Positions 54,601 through 62,123 of a stretch of 64,000 nt of DNA are shown piece after piece. A program made the translations under genes and the position numbers. The notes beneath the pieces are model-generated. The model saw only the letters and a list, made by a program, of their open reading frames with translations, made no database searches and had not been told where the DNA came from. This DNA comes from Candidatus Babeliales bacterium (GTDB lineage Bacteria; Babelota; Babeliae; Babelales; JABCYS01), in NCBI GenBank assembly GCA_016929235.1, contig JAFGJD010000005.1, forward strand, positions 92,168 to 156,167, in the 5' to 3' direction. Position 1 is the first letter of the stretch. Each line of letters begins with the position of its first letter.

Positions 54601-56985
54601 AAGTGTTGCATCGACATCTCTACCTCCCCACGCTTTACGCGACTTATCCAAGGTCGCATTCAACTGATCGACACCATAAATAAACGTAAAATAGAAGAAT
54701 GGTTGGCTCCCGTCGGATGTTCCGATTTTTGTAGGAAGTGGAATGCCATCGGGATTCACAATACCAGCAGTATATTTGGTTCCCAATGCAACCATTGTAT
54801 CGGGAGTAAGATTGGGATTCTGTTCGATACGATCCTTAATCAAATTCCACACGCTTGGGTTCATATTTTCTTTAACTGTTACCGGTCGAACAGAAAGCGA
54901 TCCATCAGTTTCATATACACGCGACGTAACCAGGGAAATTAGAAGATCCGCATCATCAACCGATGTAGTCCGACCAAAAACATATTTTCCTGGATTATTT
55001 GAGTCTTCCTCATATTTCACACAAATGAAGTAATCCAAAATACGATTACCCTGATCATCTGTGCCAACATCACCTAACGATGTAGGAGATGTATAGACCA
55101 GCGTATTATTCACCGCACCATAGACGGTAAGATTCAAGTTGGTTACCGGAGCCTTACTCCACTGTTCAGCCATCCAGGTTACTTGTGCTTGAATTTGAGA
55201 CGCCCAATCATAAAGCTCATCCTTGAACTCATCGAAACTATGTTGGCGACCAGTTTCTATCTTAGTGCCATCCAAGCCGTATTTGGTACTGTTCACTAAA
55301 CTAAAGAGAGTTACAACCTGGTCATTTTTAACAAAACCATCCCTTGCTTGATTTACCACATGAAGAGGCACAATATTCCCCTGACCATCAAGACACACAA
55401 CATAATCCTTAAGCGCTACTTTCACATCAGCGCCCTGTAATGCCTGAACAAACGGAGTATCCACCGTTTCATACACATAGATACCTTCAGCCGGTAAACA
55501 TACTGGGGCCGTGATTGTACCATATTCGTGCTGCGTTACACTCTGTTGTTCATAAGGATCATTATAAAGTTTCATGGCCTCAAGCTTTACCTTTGCTGTA
55601 GCGTCTGCTGTGGTAAGCTCATCACCATTCCGCAAAAGAATAACGCTGGCAGCCATGCTATCACGAATGTCGTCGTAATATTTCTGACCATCCACGTCAA
55701 CACTCGTTGCCTTATCTAGTGGCGAATCAAAATATGTAGGCACCTTACCTTCAACCAAGTGACTTTGGAATCTCGCTACGAAATCATCAACTGGCTTGTC
55801 GCCATACTCGTTATCTATTGCTCCATACAATGGCAATAATTTTCTGCCATGTGCACCACCATCACGCGTAAATTGATATCCTCTTCCAAGATCAACCATA
55901 ACACCAGAAAAGTCGGCGCTTTGCATATACGTACGAGCCCAATCACCAGAATCTTTTGAAACATAGAAATTAGTTTCACCCCCATCTGCATATAGAAATG
56001 GAGATAATGCAGGATGTTCCTTATCGATGATATCGCTTGGAATATGCATCGTAATACCGCCAAACTCTGTGTCCTTCCCAATCACATCAACAAGGGCATC
56101 TGCACGGCTCTTGGCAGTGTAAGCTTGCCAAAACTCACCCGGAAGCATAAAGGCAACACCCACTGCTAGCGTTCCAAAAAACCATTTTGCGCCCGAACTC
56201 ATGAGCCTCCAAATACCGGCCTTTTGTAACGATTTAGCAGTACTTTGTAGTGTCACACCAAAACTTCTCTCTAGTCGTTCTGCCTCTGTACTGAGCGCAC
56301 CTATCTCCCCATCAAGTTTATTAATACGGCCTGTAAGCTCAGTAATCTCTTCAGTACTCTTAGCTATCGCCCTTTCGCCAACTAAAGCTTCTCGCGCAAC
56401 CGCTTTATCTCTAAGTTCTCCTGAAATCTGGCCCAATCTTGCCAACTTTGATGTTTGGACTGCTTCTCGACCGACTACCGCTTCAGTCCGCCGAGCCGCT
56501 GCTGTTGATCCAATATCTACCCCCTCTAAGCCTAAGTGACCCACTGCCGCTTCATCTAATTCCCCGATATATTTTCCTAGTTTTCCACCAGAAGCAAGCG
56601 ACTTTATACCTGCTCTAACATCAGCCGTAACCGCCGTACCAAACATCTCACTTGATATTTCCTGAACGCCTTTACTAAAAGCACGGTTAAAGACCTCGAC
56701 TTCTGCTGCAGTTGCCTCTCTACCAAAAAGCCTTGCTATCGCTCCTTCCTCCCTAGTGACCCCAACTAATGTCTCTTTAAATGCTTCCGATGCCATATGC
56801 CCTTCCGTTTTTCCTGCTGCTTCTAGGCCTTCACGTAGAGCCACCCTTGCAGCACCTTCAGCAGCGCCTCGTCCCGCTGCACTTTCTACTCTTCCAAATA
56901 GTTGCATGCCATGCAAAGATGAAGCACAAGATAATAGAATCGCGGTGATTAAAAGAGTCTTTTTTTGATATGATATGGTCTTCAT
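51682..56985 (-). CDS. Giant (~1767 aa) hypothetical protein: signal peptide, ~240-aa Ala/Gly/Glu/Arg-rich helical region, one TM, ~1430-aa beta-rich region with at least 6 copies of a novel ~40-48 aa module, and a basic C-terminal tail
   Basis: It is a single uninterrupted 5.3-kb frame. I prefer ATG 56985 (MKTISYQKKTLLITAILLSCASSLHG). The TM WFFGTLAVGVAFMLPG is encoded at ~56137-56184. Module copies lie at ~55264-55407, 54898-55035, 54322-54450, 53896-54018, 53149-53283 and 51973-52083. An example is DYVVCVKSDQASGTQYGVEFTASVSSLISLVTGVQYDRTGK. The tail is VKRKKSRVHSQSANIRVSDTRGSKKTKPTWANKKQSRRAKKQKG. Confidence 0.8.
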   Translation of the reverse strand: MKTISYQKKTLLITAILLSCASSLHGMQLFGRVESAAGRGAAEGAARVALREGLEAAGKTEGHMASEAFKETLVGVTREEGAIARLFGREATAAEVEVFNRAFSKGVQEISSEMFGTAVTADVRAGIKSLASGGKLGKYIGELDEAAVGHLGLEGVDIGSTAAARRTEAVVGREAVQTSKLARLGQISGELRDKAVAREALVGERAIAKSTEEITELTGRINKLDGEIGALSTEAERLERSFGVTLQSTAKSLQKAGIWRLMSSGAKWFFGTLAVGVAFMLPGEFWQAYTAKSRADALVDVIGKDTEFGGITMHIPSDIIDKEHPALSPFLYADGGETNFYVSKDSGDWARTYMQSADFSGVMVDLGRGYQFTRDGGAHGRKLLPLYGAIDNEYGDKPVDDFVARFQSHLVEGKVPTYFDSPLDKATSVDVDGQKYYDDIRDSMAASVILLRNGDELTTADATAKVKLEAMKLYNDPYEQQSVTQHEYGTITAPVCLPAEGIYVYETVDTPFVQALQGADVKVALKDYVVCLDGQGNIVPLHVVNQARDGFVKNDQVVTLFSLVNSTKYGLDGTKIETGRQHSFDEFKDELYDWASQIQAQVTWMAEQWSKAPVTNLNLTVYGAVNNTLVYTSPTSLGDVGTDDQGNRILDYFICVKYEEDSNNPGKYVFGRTTSVDDADLLISLVTSRVYETDGSLSVRPVTVKENMNPSVWNLIKDRIEQNPNLTPDTMVALGTKYTAGIVNPDGIPLPTKIGTSDGSQPFFYFTFIYGVDQLNATLDKSRKAWGGRDVDATLFVGPFQFTTNRLFNIYFQIPSIDLAINGNYFYQSVNTDYQNAGNTMVFEPTDLFVMTDSPDQLTDNTGLFFSLDERPYAVSVSTGVIYDQSGRKVTDESGVAKTFNVDLLLAKVQENQVRQGGKEFKGISGNKTWDDIQQAQERRLQQQASARGPFSFYQFQLSIPEDDAALSQEMNKGHYIYKSTARAYPTFTDYVVCVKSDQASGTQYGVEFTASVSSLISLVTGVQYDRTGKIAQYDNQALYELVSWKYQGIGNELKQTIQAETADFARLSATVPEQELKRTPVFSDTLRAQLDAQETVIGHPFVKQDPATGKYYQAFSDPKGYFDFNPSDSDIALLYPDKIDQYRRKIGISYDADGKYISHMTGWILRGVMASAGVQNNSDGTQSLIPTSDTIALPFADSDKNVSAGQSGTNLIVSTDSRFPTAGIAAIIDKGSTYYFYYVTQDKDGESMNTYLVRQVDAAAGMDRYIDFVTGKLYRPDGTPDVDSQNVVMTEIYKTADGQSMSIVSDQYGIQAATVNQKMYDEWWNDTTTDGYKRYTLSDDSFNDMDIVVRTAGGQIQYDVTWFFESYDVPVTLSDDGGLESLTLGTDTYTFKSGNEFTNDAGDSLFVYARQPESNDYDYQDYDVAYYVRSSADNPPAGQEPSFLSDSSYQILIQDTFTPTKGIAVNDSLLGDAGVVIKDDMGVQEFLYNDFLFERVSKNADHEYMMHSDALQKRVDAGDTSYGDSGDIRVVEGDTGYMIYQAIGGEELSREYITLYDQFDQAEITQLQRDVWKIGPAVDVLGNNRLVPEIQPMLLQQVTESSLVVDEGNQQLKTNAQAAGLWAMPVIYKSGASYYYQMDALADGSQQYYRDVYDRNYINLENGLVYDQDGIPSGTSLPLDSLRQILNKLNVGVVDGALKFIPGGQLSETVIPQSVKQSSVKRKKSRVHSQSANIRVSDTRGSKKTKPTWANKKQSRRAKKQKGMTV

Positions 56986-57148
56986 GTACCACACCCTTTT
57001 TCTTGGATAAAACAAACACTTAAAACTGCAACAAACATAAAACAGCTCTGGTTTGAAATGCAAGAAAAGAAAAAGTTATCCCGCATGTACCAGTAGCACA
57101 CACGGGACGACCAAAATAGGGTGGGTAAGAAAACTTTTTATAATGCGG

Positions 57149-57808
57149 CTACCAGCCAACTCCCCAGTAGAACCCAGGACGACCGTAATATCCATAGTAA
57201 CCATATGGATACCAATAATATGGCGTGCCCCAACTTACACCCAAATACGGGCCATAATATGCGCTGCGAGCACGCCGCTCTGCAGCTTCTTCACGTTTCT
57301 GCTGTTTAATTTCATCGATGTATTCATTGAAGGAATCTCGAATGAACTCAACAATTTCAGATCGATTACGGAATCCTGTTAATACAACTGGACTTTTGAC
57401 ATCACCACGCTTCATGCCCCAGAATGTTGACTCTTCTTCTTGTCCACCTTTCTCTTCGTACGGCAACCCTCTTCTGAACAACATCACAATAGGTGTTGTT
57501 CCAATACGATATTCCTGACGCAGGTCATCAAGCTTGTCTTTTGCAAGGTTCACACGAATGAATCGTACATACTTTTCACTACGAGCAGCAGATTCAAACG
57601 ACTTTTCCATCGCTTCAATCTGATCATTAGTAGCTTTATCTTTTCGTATTTCACGATCTTGCTCATAAAACAACACAACAGCTAACTCGTTTTTATCAAG
57701 TACCGCTTCTAAAGAGCGCTTATTTGTCACAGATAGTACATCTGCACAGATCGCCCGCGAGAATATTAAACCCACGAAAACAATAAAAATTTTTACTACG
57801 CCCTTCAT
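57149..57808 (-). CDS. Secreted thioredoxin-fold protein lacking CxxC, with Tyr/Gly/Trp/Pro-rich C-terminal tail
   Basis: The signal peptide is MKGVVKIFIVFVGLIFSRAICA. The Trx/PDI-b-like core is LAVVLFYEQD...YVRFIRVNL...TPIVMLFRRG, with no redox cysteines. The tail is YYGPYLGVSWGTPYYWYPYGYYGYYGRPGFYWGVGW (57152-57259). Its start overlaps the upstream hydrolase stop in an ATGA. Confidence 0.65.
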   Translation of the reverse strand: MKGVVKIFIVFVGLIFSRAICADVLSVTNKRSLEAVLDKNELAVVLFYEQDREIRKDKATNDQIEAMEKSFESAARSEKYVRFIRVNLAKDKLDDLRQEYRIGTTPIVMLFRRGLPYEEKGGQEEESTFWGMKRGDVKSPVVLTGFRNRSEIVEFIRDSFNEYIDEIKQQKREEAAERRARSAYYGPYLGVSWGTPYYWYPYGYYGYYGRPGFYWGVGW

Positions 57809-58887
57809 GAGGCTTCTCCTCTACGGTCTTCATCAGGATCAGCAAAAATCTTTGCCGAATGATCATGCTTCAATGACCCTTTTATTGCCTTTTGAACAAA
57901 GGTGTTCACTTCATACATATACTTTTCTGGATTGTAGAAGAATGAGTCAAAATGTCGTCGTCCGTTAGTAATCCATAACCGTTTATATCCAGTTGTCTTG
58001 GAGAACACTGAAGTCACCGCTTCTACAGAAACTTTTTCGTCATTTTTACACGTAATGAAATAACACGGGACACTGATCTTAGATGCCGATGTTACCGGAG
58101 TCACTGGCATGATATTGGTATTGATATCCCGTGCATCAAACTTAGCAACCGCCTTAAGCATCGCCTTCAATAGTGATTGTACATATGGGCTGTATGCATA
58201 TTTTTGAAGCATACGTTGTCCTGGGAGCTTAAACTCGTACCCTAAGATATTGAGCTTGAGGTTAGAGAGCCCTTTCTTGATAAGGTTATCACTTGAATCG
58301 AATGGACAGTCCAATATCATAGCATCAAACATAGGCTCACGCGCCTGCGCCTCAATCGAGGAAACTGAACCCATAGAGAATGCATATGAAATAATAGGCT
58401 TACCCGCCACTTCTGGACGGGTTTTAAGATATTCTACAGCACCAATCACATCAAAGGCTTCTTCTTTGCCAAAAGTACATTGTTGGTTTTCAATACCTTC
58501 GCCATGGGCCCTAAAATCAAACGTCATGCAGTTGTATTTAGAAAAGATCGTTCTAATAAAAGCGATGTCGAACTTGTCACACATATAACCGTGGCATACA
58601 AGAATAGTCGCTGGCGCATTCTTGCGCTTTACAAAGTACCCATTTCTAGTAATCATCTCGTCACTGGCTTCATGAGCCTTCGCCTGAAATGTTATACGCT
58701 CAATAGCTGCATCCTGATGATTGACCATCTCTTCAGTAACAGGAATATCTGGAATAGTTGCGGTTGGAATAGCCGGAGCCGATTCAAGCCCCTTGCGAAC
58801 AAATTGTCCCTGAGATGACACGACAAACAAAAGCAGGAGCACTTTTGTCAGGTTTTTGAGCTTAGTCATTGTTGTCGTGCGCTTCAT
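57805..58887 (-). CDS. Secreted alpha/beta-fold hydrolase
   Basis: GAGGAAG RBS precedes ATG 58887, and the signal-like segment is LTKVLLLLFVVSSQG. The catalytic contexts are the nucleophile elbow YAFSMGS, Asp in TCKNDEKV and His in GRRHFD. Confidence 0.7.
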   Translation of the reverse strand: MKRTTTMTKLKNLTKVLLLLFVVSSQGQFVRKGLESAPAIPTATIPDIPVTEEMVNHQDAAIERITFQAKAHEASDEMITRNGYFVKRKNAPATILVCHGYMCDKFDIAFIRTIFSKYNCMTFDFRAHGEGIENQQCTFGKEEAFDVIGAVEYLKTRPEVAGKPIISYAFSMGSVSSIEAQAREPMFDAMILDCPFDSSDNLIKKGLSNLKLNILGYEFKLPGQRMLQKYAYSPYVQSLLKAMLKAVAKFDARDINTNIMPVTPVTSASKISVPCYFITCKNDEKVSVEAVTSVFSKTTGYKRLWITNGRRHFDSFFYNPEKYMYEVNTFVQKAIKGSLKHDHSAKIFADPDEDRRGEAS

Positions 58888-59066
58888 GTCTTCCTCTACT
58901 CTCATGGAAAGCTTCACGTTTATAGCCTAGCACTTCCATTTCTACTACCAGAGTAGCAATTTACATTTTCTAATTGCAACAGTTTTCATAGAGAAATAAT
59001 GAAAAGCTAAAATGCTGACAAAGCCCATCTGATCCTAGAGAGAAAAAACATTGATTCAGCAAGAAA

Positions 59067-59678
59067 TTACTCATTCCAATATGGTTGGGGTTCTTCAAAA
59101 AGACCGCCACTAACTGGCACATATCTTGTTCCCGCTGGAGACGGAAGATGATAACTTTCAGTAGTACGATCGTAGATTGCCCCTCTGGGCAAAGTGATCC
59201 TATGTCCCATCTCATTCAGAATGTACCGCCCATCTTCCATAGCTGGCATATGGCGACTATACATATCAACATCAAAATTCCTATTCGGTTTAATACCTCG
59301 ATGTTGCCCGGTCACTTTGTAAAGAAATGCAGCAGCCATCAAAAGATATGATCCCCAGAGCGCAGCTTTGAACCACGAGATACCACCGTCCTCAGCTATA
59401 CCAATATCCGGCAAATTTGACATGACAGTCTTTTGAATAGGCTCAGGAATAGTGATACCGCCATCAGTAATGGAACCAATGGTATGGGTAGTTGGATCAA
59501 AATTTTGATACTTCTCTAAAATTCTCGCTGTTTCTGGATGAACGGTATGCGATTGCGTGTAGTATGATCCCTTGTAAAGTACATTCGATGAACCAGAACT
59601 TTGTTCAAGCAATTGCTGATATGAAGCTGATACTCCCATAACAGACGCTACCATGCATATTAATCTTAGCTGCTTCAT
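59067..59678 (-). CDS. Hypothetical bitopic membrane protein, paralogue A (G-x-YYTQ-x-H-x-x-HPET-x-RILEKYQ ectodomain motif)
   Basis: The signal peptide is MKQLRLICMVASVMGVSA. The conserved motif is KGSYYTQSHTVHPETARILEKYQ. The TM is ALWGSYLLMAAAFLY, and the tail is Pro/Tyr-containing. Confidence 0.6.
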   Translation of the reverse strand: MKQLRLICMVASVMGVSASYQQLLEQSSGSSNVLYKGSYYTQSHTVHPETARILEKYQNFDPTTHTIGSITDGGITIPEPIQKTVMSNLPDIGIAEDGGISWFKAALWGSYLLMAAAFLYKVTGQHRGIKPNRNFDVDMYSRHMPAMEDGRYILNEMGHRITLPRGAIYDRTTESYHLPSPAGTRYVPVSGGLFEEPQPYWNE

Positions 59679-59699
59679 ACTTCTCTATACTACATAAGA

Positions 59700-60329
59700 C
59701 TATCGCGGCAAGGTTGCCTCATCACTCACAGGAACACCACGGATTTCCCTAGGTTCCGCAACTTGAACTTCATCTAAACCTGACCAGAAGTCTGACCATC
59801 GCCCTGGCATAGGTATTTTTTCGAATGGGGGCCTATATTCAACACCGGCACCTGTATCCCGAGGATCCACATACTCCTCGCCACTTGAATATACTGCTTC
59901 AACGTCAGACTCTTCTCCAGCTGCAAACTCAAAATCCTCATGGTACGGACTACGACGCTGTGCACGTTGTGCTAGCTTTGACTGAAGAAGACCCAAAACT
60001 ACAATCGCACCAGCACTAATTAGCTTAGACAACCAATATGAGTCAACTGCTCCATACCCTTTATCTTGAGACGAAACTACACTTGTGTCACCCTGCAGCC
60101 TCTCTCTTCCGGAAGCAACACCCTGCTGGTATTTCTCTAAAATTCTTTCTGTTTCTGGATGTAACTCATGGTGCTGAGTATAGTAGGGGCCTTCCTTGAT
60201 TGTGACGGCCCTTTCCCCATGGCTTTCGAACAGATCTTGATACCCTGCATGGGTCAATGTAGAAACGCAAACACACGCCCAGAGAAGGGCATAGAATTTT
60301 GTGATGTGTCTTTTTCTAGTTCGCTTCAT
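59700..60329 (-). CDS. Hypothetical bitopic membrane protein, paralogue B
   Basis: The signal-like segment is FYALLWACVCVSTLTHA. The conserved motif is EGPYYTQHHELHPETERILEKYQ. The TM is LISAGAIVVLGLL, and the tail is acidic. Confidence 0.6.
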   Translation of the reverse strand: MKRTRKRHITKFYALLWACVCVSTLTHAGYQDLFESHGERAVTIKEGPYYTQHHELHPETERILEKYQQGVASGRERLQGDTSVVSSQDKGYGAVDSYWLSKLISAGAIVVLGLLQSKLAQRAQRRSPYHEDFEFAAGEESDVEAVYSSGEEYVDPRDTGAGVEYRPPFEKIPMPGRWSDFWSGLDEVQVAEPREIRGVPVSDEATLPR

Positions 60330-60538
60330 TGTTTCGCCTATACCGCAGGTAGCGGTTTAACTTAGATCGCAATACCTACCGCTTATAACTACAGAATACC
60401 CTATTGCAGTTACATATTGCAACAAAAACCCCTACCTCATATATAGAAAAACTGCATTAAACACCATAGCGTCTTTCTAACACACTCAATCTTTTAAGAA
60501 AGTAAATTATCCCGCGACCTCATGCCAGCATGGAGACA

Positions 60539-62041
60539 TCACGATGCCAGGTATGAGTTGATCCACTGTGAAAGCTCCTGCCGGCTCATAGTCTTCATCT
60601 CTTTCGCAACAAGCTTACCGTCCTTATAGAGCAGGAGCGCTGGTACTTTTGGCACGTTGAGATAGCGGACAATATCCTTGGCTTGATCCGCATCAACCTT
60701 AAAGAAATGTACATCGTCAGAATAGCGCTTAGATACAGACGAGAAGATCGGCAACATCATCATACACGATGGACAGTACTCCGCATAAAAATCAACCACA
60801 GCAATGCCTTTAGACATACCTTCAACATGCTTTGCGAATTCGCTCATTGAGGATAGTAACGTCAGTGCATCAGGCTCAGATTCAAAAGCGTCGAAATACA
60901 CGCCCCGATTATCAAGCTCATCTGCAAACTGCTGGTTGAGTCCGATCTCGTTTAGAAAATTCACGGCATCCAGCCCGGCCTTAATGCCATCACCTGCTGC
61001 AACACCTGCTTGGCGATAGACATCATCCTCCACCTCGCCTGCTGCAAACACTCCAGGAACCAACGTCGCTTGGCTGCGACCTTGAACATGAATATGACCC
61101 TGAGGCGTCATAGGAAGCTGCCCTTTAAAAAGATCTGTGTTTGGCTTATGCCCGATAGCAAGAAATACCCCATCTGTCTCAAGAGTTTTGACCTCGCCTG
61201 TTTTGTTATTACGTACCTCAACTCCGGTTACCTGATCACCGTCACCAATAATCCTCTGTACGTCATAGTTGTACAGCACATCAATTTTTCCCGAGATCTT
61301 ATCGAGACGCTCCTGCATGACGGGAGCGGCACGCATAGACGTTTTTCGAACTAAGATCGTTACATGGCGTGCAAACGCAGCAAGTTGCAATGCCTTCTCG
61401 ATGGCTGAATCACCACCACCAATCACAATCGCATCTTTCTTTTTATAAAATGGCGCATCACAGATGGCACATACCGCAACCCCACGGCCCCAGTATTCCT
61501 TCTCTCCTGGTATACCAAGGGTCACCGAGTGAGCTCCTGTTGTAATAATGACACTCAAGGCATTGATCGTATGGCCATCTTCAGTCTGTACCGTATAAGG
61601 CCACTTAGAAAAATCAGCCCCCACAACAGAATCCTGCAAAATCTCAGCACCGAAGCGGCGGGCTTGGTTCTCCAGGCTGGACATGATAGATCTACCTAAT
61701 TGCTTTTCACTGCCCGGCCAATTTTCCACATAGGTCGTTTCCGTAAGCTGACCACCTGGTTTATCACCTGCGATAATAAGCGTATGCATACGCGAGCGAG
61801 CCGTATACAAAGCGGCACTAAGACCAGCTGGCCCCGAACCAATGATCAATACATCTACAACCTGTTTATGACTTTTAATACTAGATAACGAGAATGAGGA
61901 TCTCCTAGGCGCGCCACATTGAGAACGAAATCCAAAGCCAACAATGAGAGCAAATAAGACCGCTGCTCCCCCACTAATCATAACCGCACTTTTCCGCATA
62001 CTATCCCTTTTGATAGGTGGAAACCGCTTTGACAGAAGCAT
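60539..62041 (-). CDS. trxB: Thioredoxin reductase fused to a C-terminal thioredoxin domain (NTRC-like), with an N-terminal hydrophobic leader or anchor
   Basis: The FAD motif is VLIIGSGPAGLSAALY, the redox centre is VCAICDAPFY and the NAD(P)H motif is VIGGGDSAIEKAL. The C-terminal Trx domain is VVDFYAEYCPSCMMMLPIF...VPALLLYKDGK. The N-terminus MRKSAVMISGGAAVLFALIVGFGF is strongly hydrophobic. An alternative start is ATG 61999. Confidence 0.85.
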   Translation of the reverse strand: MLLSKRFPPIKRDSMRKSAVMISGGAAVLFALIVGFGFRSQCGAPRRSSFSLSSIKSHKQVVDVLIIGSGPAGLSAALYTARSRMHTLIIAGDKPGGQLTETTYVENWPGSEKQLGRSIMSSLENQARRFGAEILQDSVVGADFSKWPYTVQTEDGHTINALSVIITTGAHSVTLGIPGEKEYWGRGVAVCAICDAPFYKKKDAIVIGGGDSAIEKALQLAAFARHVTILVRKTSMRAAPVMQERLDKISGKIDVLYNYDVQRIIGDGDQVTGVEVRNNKTGEVKTLETDGVFLAIGHKPNTDLFKGQLPMTPQGHIHVQGRSQATLVPGVFAAGEVEDDVYRQAGVAAGDGIKAGLDAVNFLNEIGLNQQFADELDNRGVYFDAFESEPDALTLLSSMSEFAKHVEGMSKGIAVVDFYAEYCPSCMMMLPIFSSVSKRYSDDVHFFKVDADQAKDIVRYLNVPKVPALLLYKDGKLVAKEMKTMSRQELSQWINSYLAS

Positions 62042-62123
62042 AACCGAACCTTAAACTGATTTACACTAGTGTACTTAAGGATACGCAAAAACTCAAAACC
62101 CGCACCGCTTCGAATAGGGGATC

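Noticed and set aside
52447-56968. Many + strand ORFs (63-153 aa) antisense to the giant gene.
   Set aside because: None interrupts the single 5.3-kb minus frame. They are short and compositionally skewed mirrors of the Tyr/Asp/Gly-rich sense frame.
51682-57063. Calling the giant protein a canonical Rhs/YD-repeat toxin.
   Set aside because: The Y-D-x-x-G endings are widely spaced (100-400 aa), not dense ~20-aa YD tandems. I saw no Rhs core (PxxxxDPxGL-type) motif, no C-terminal toxin or immunity pair, and no VgrG, PAAR or T6SS genes nearby.
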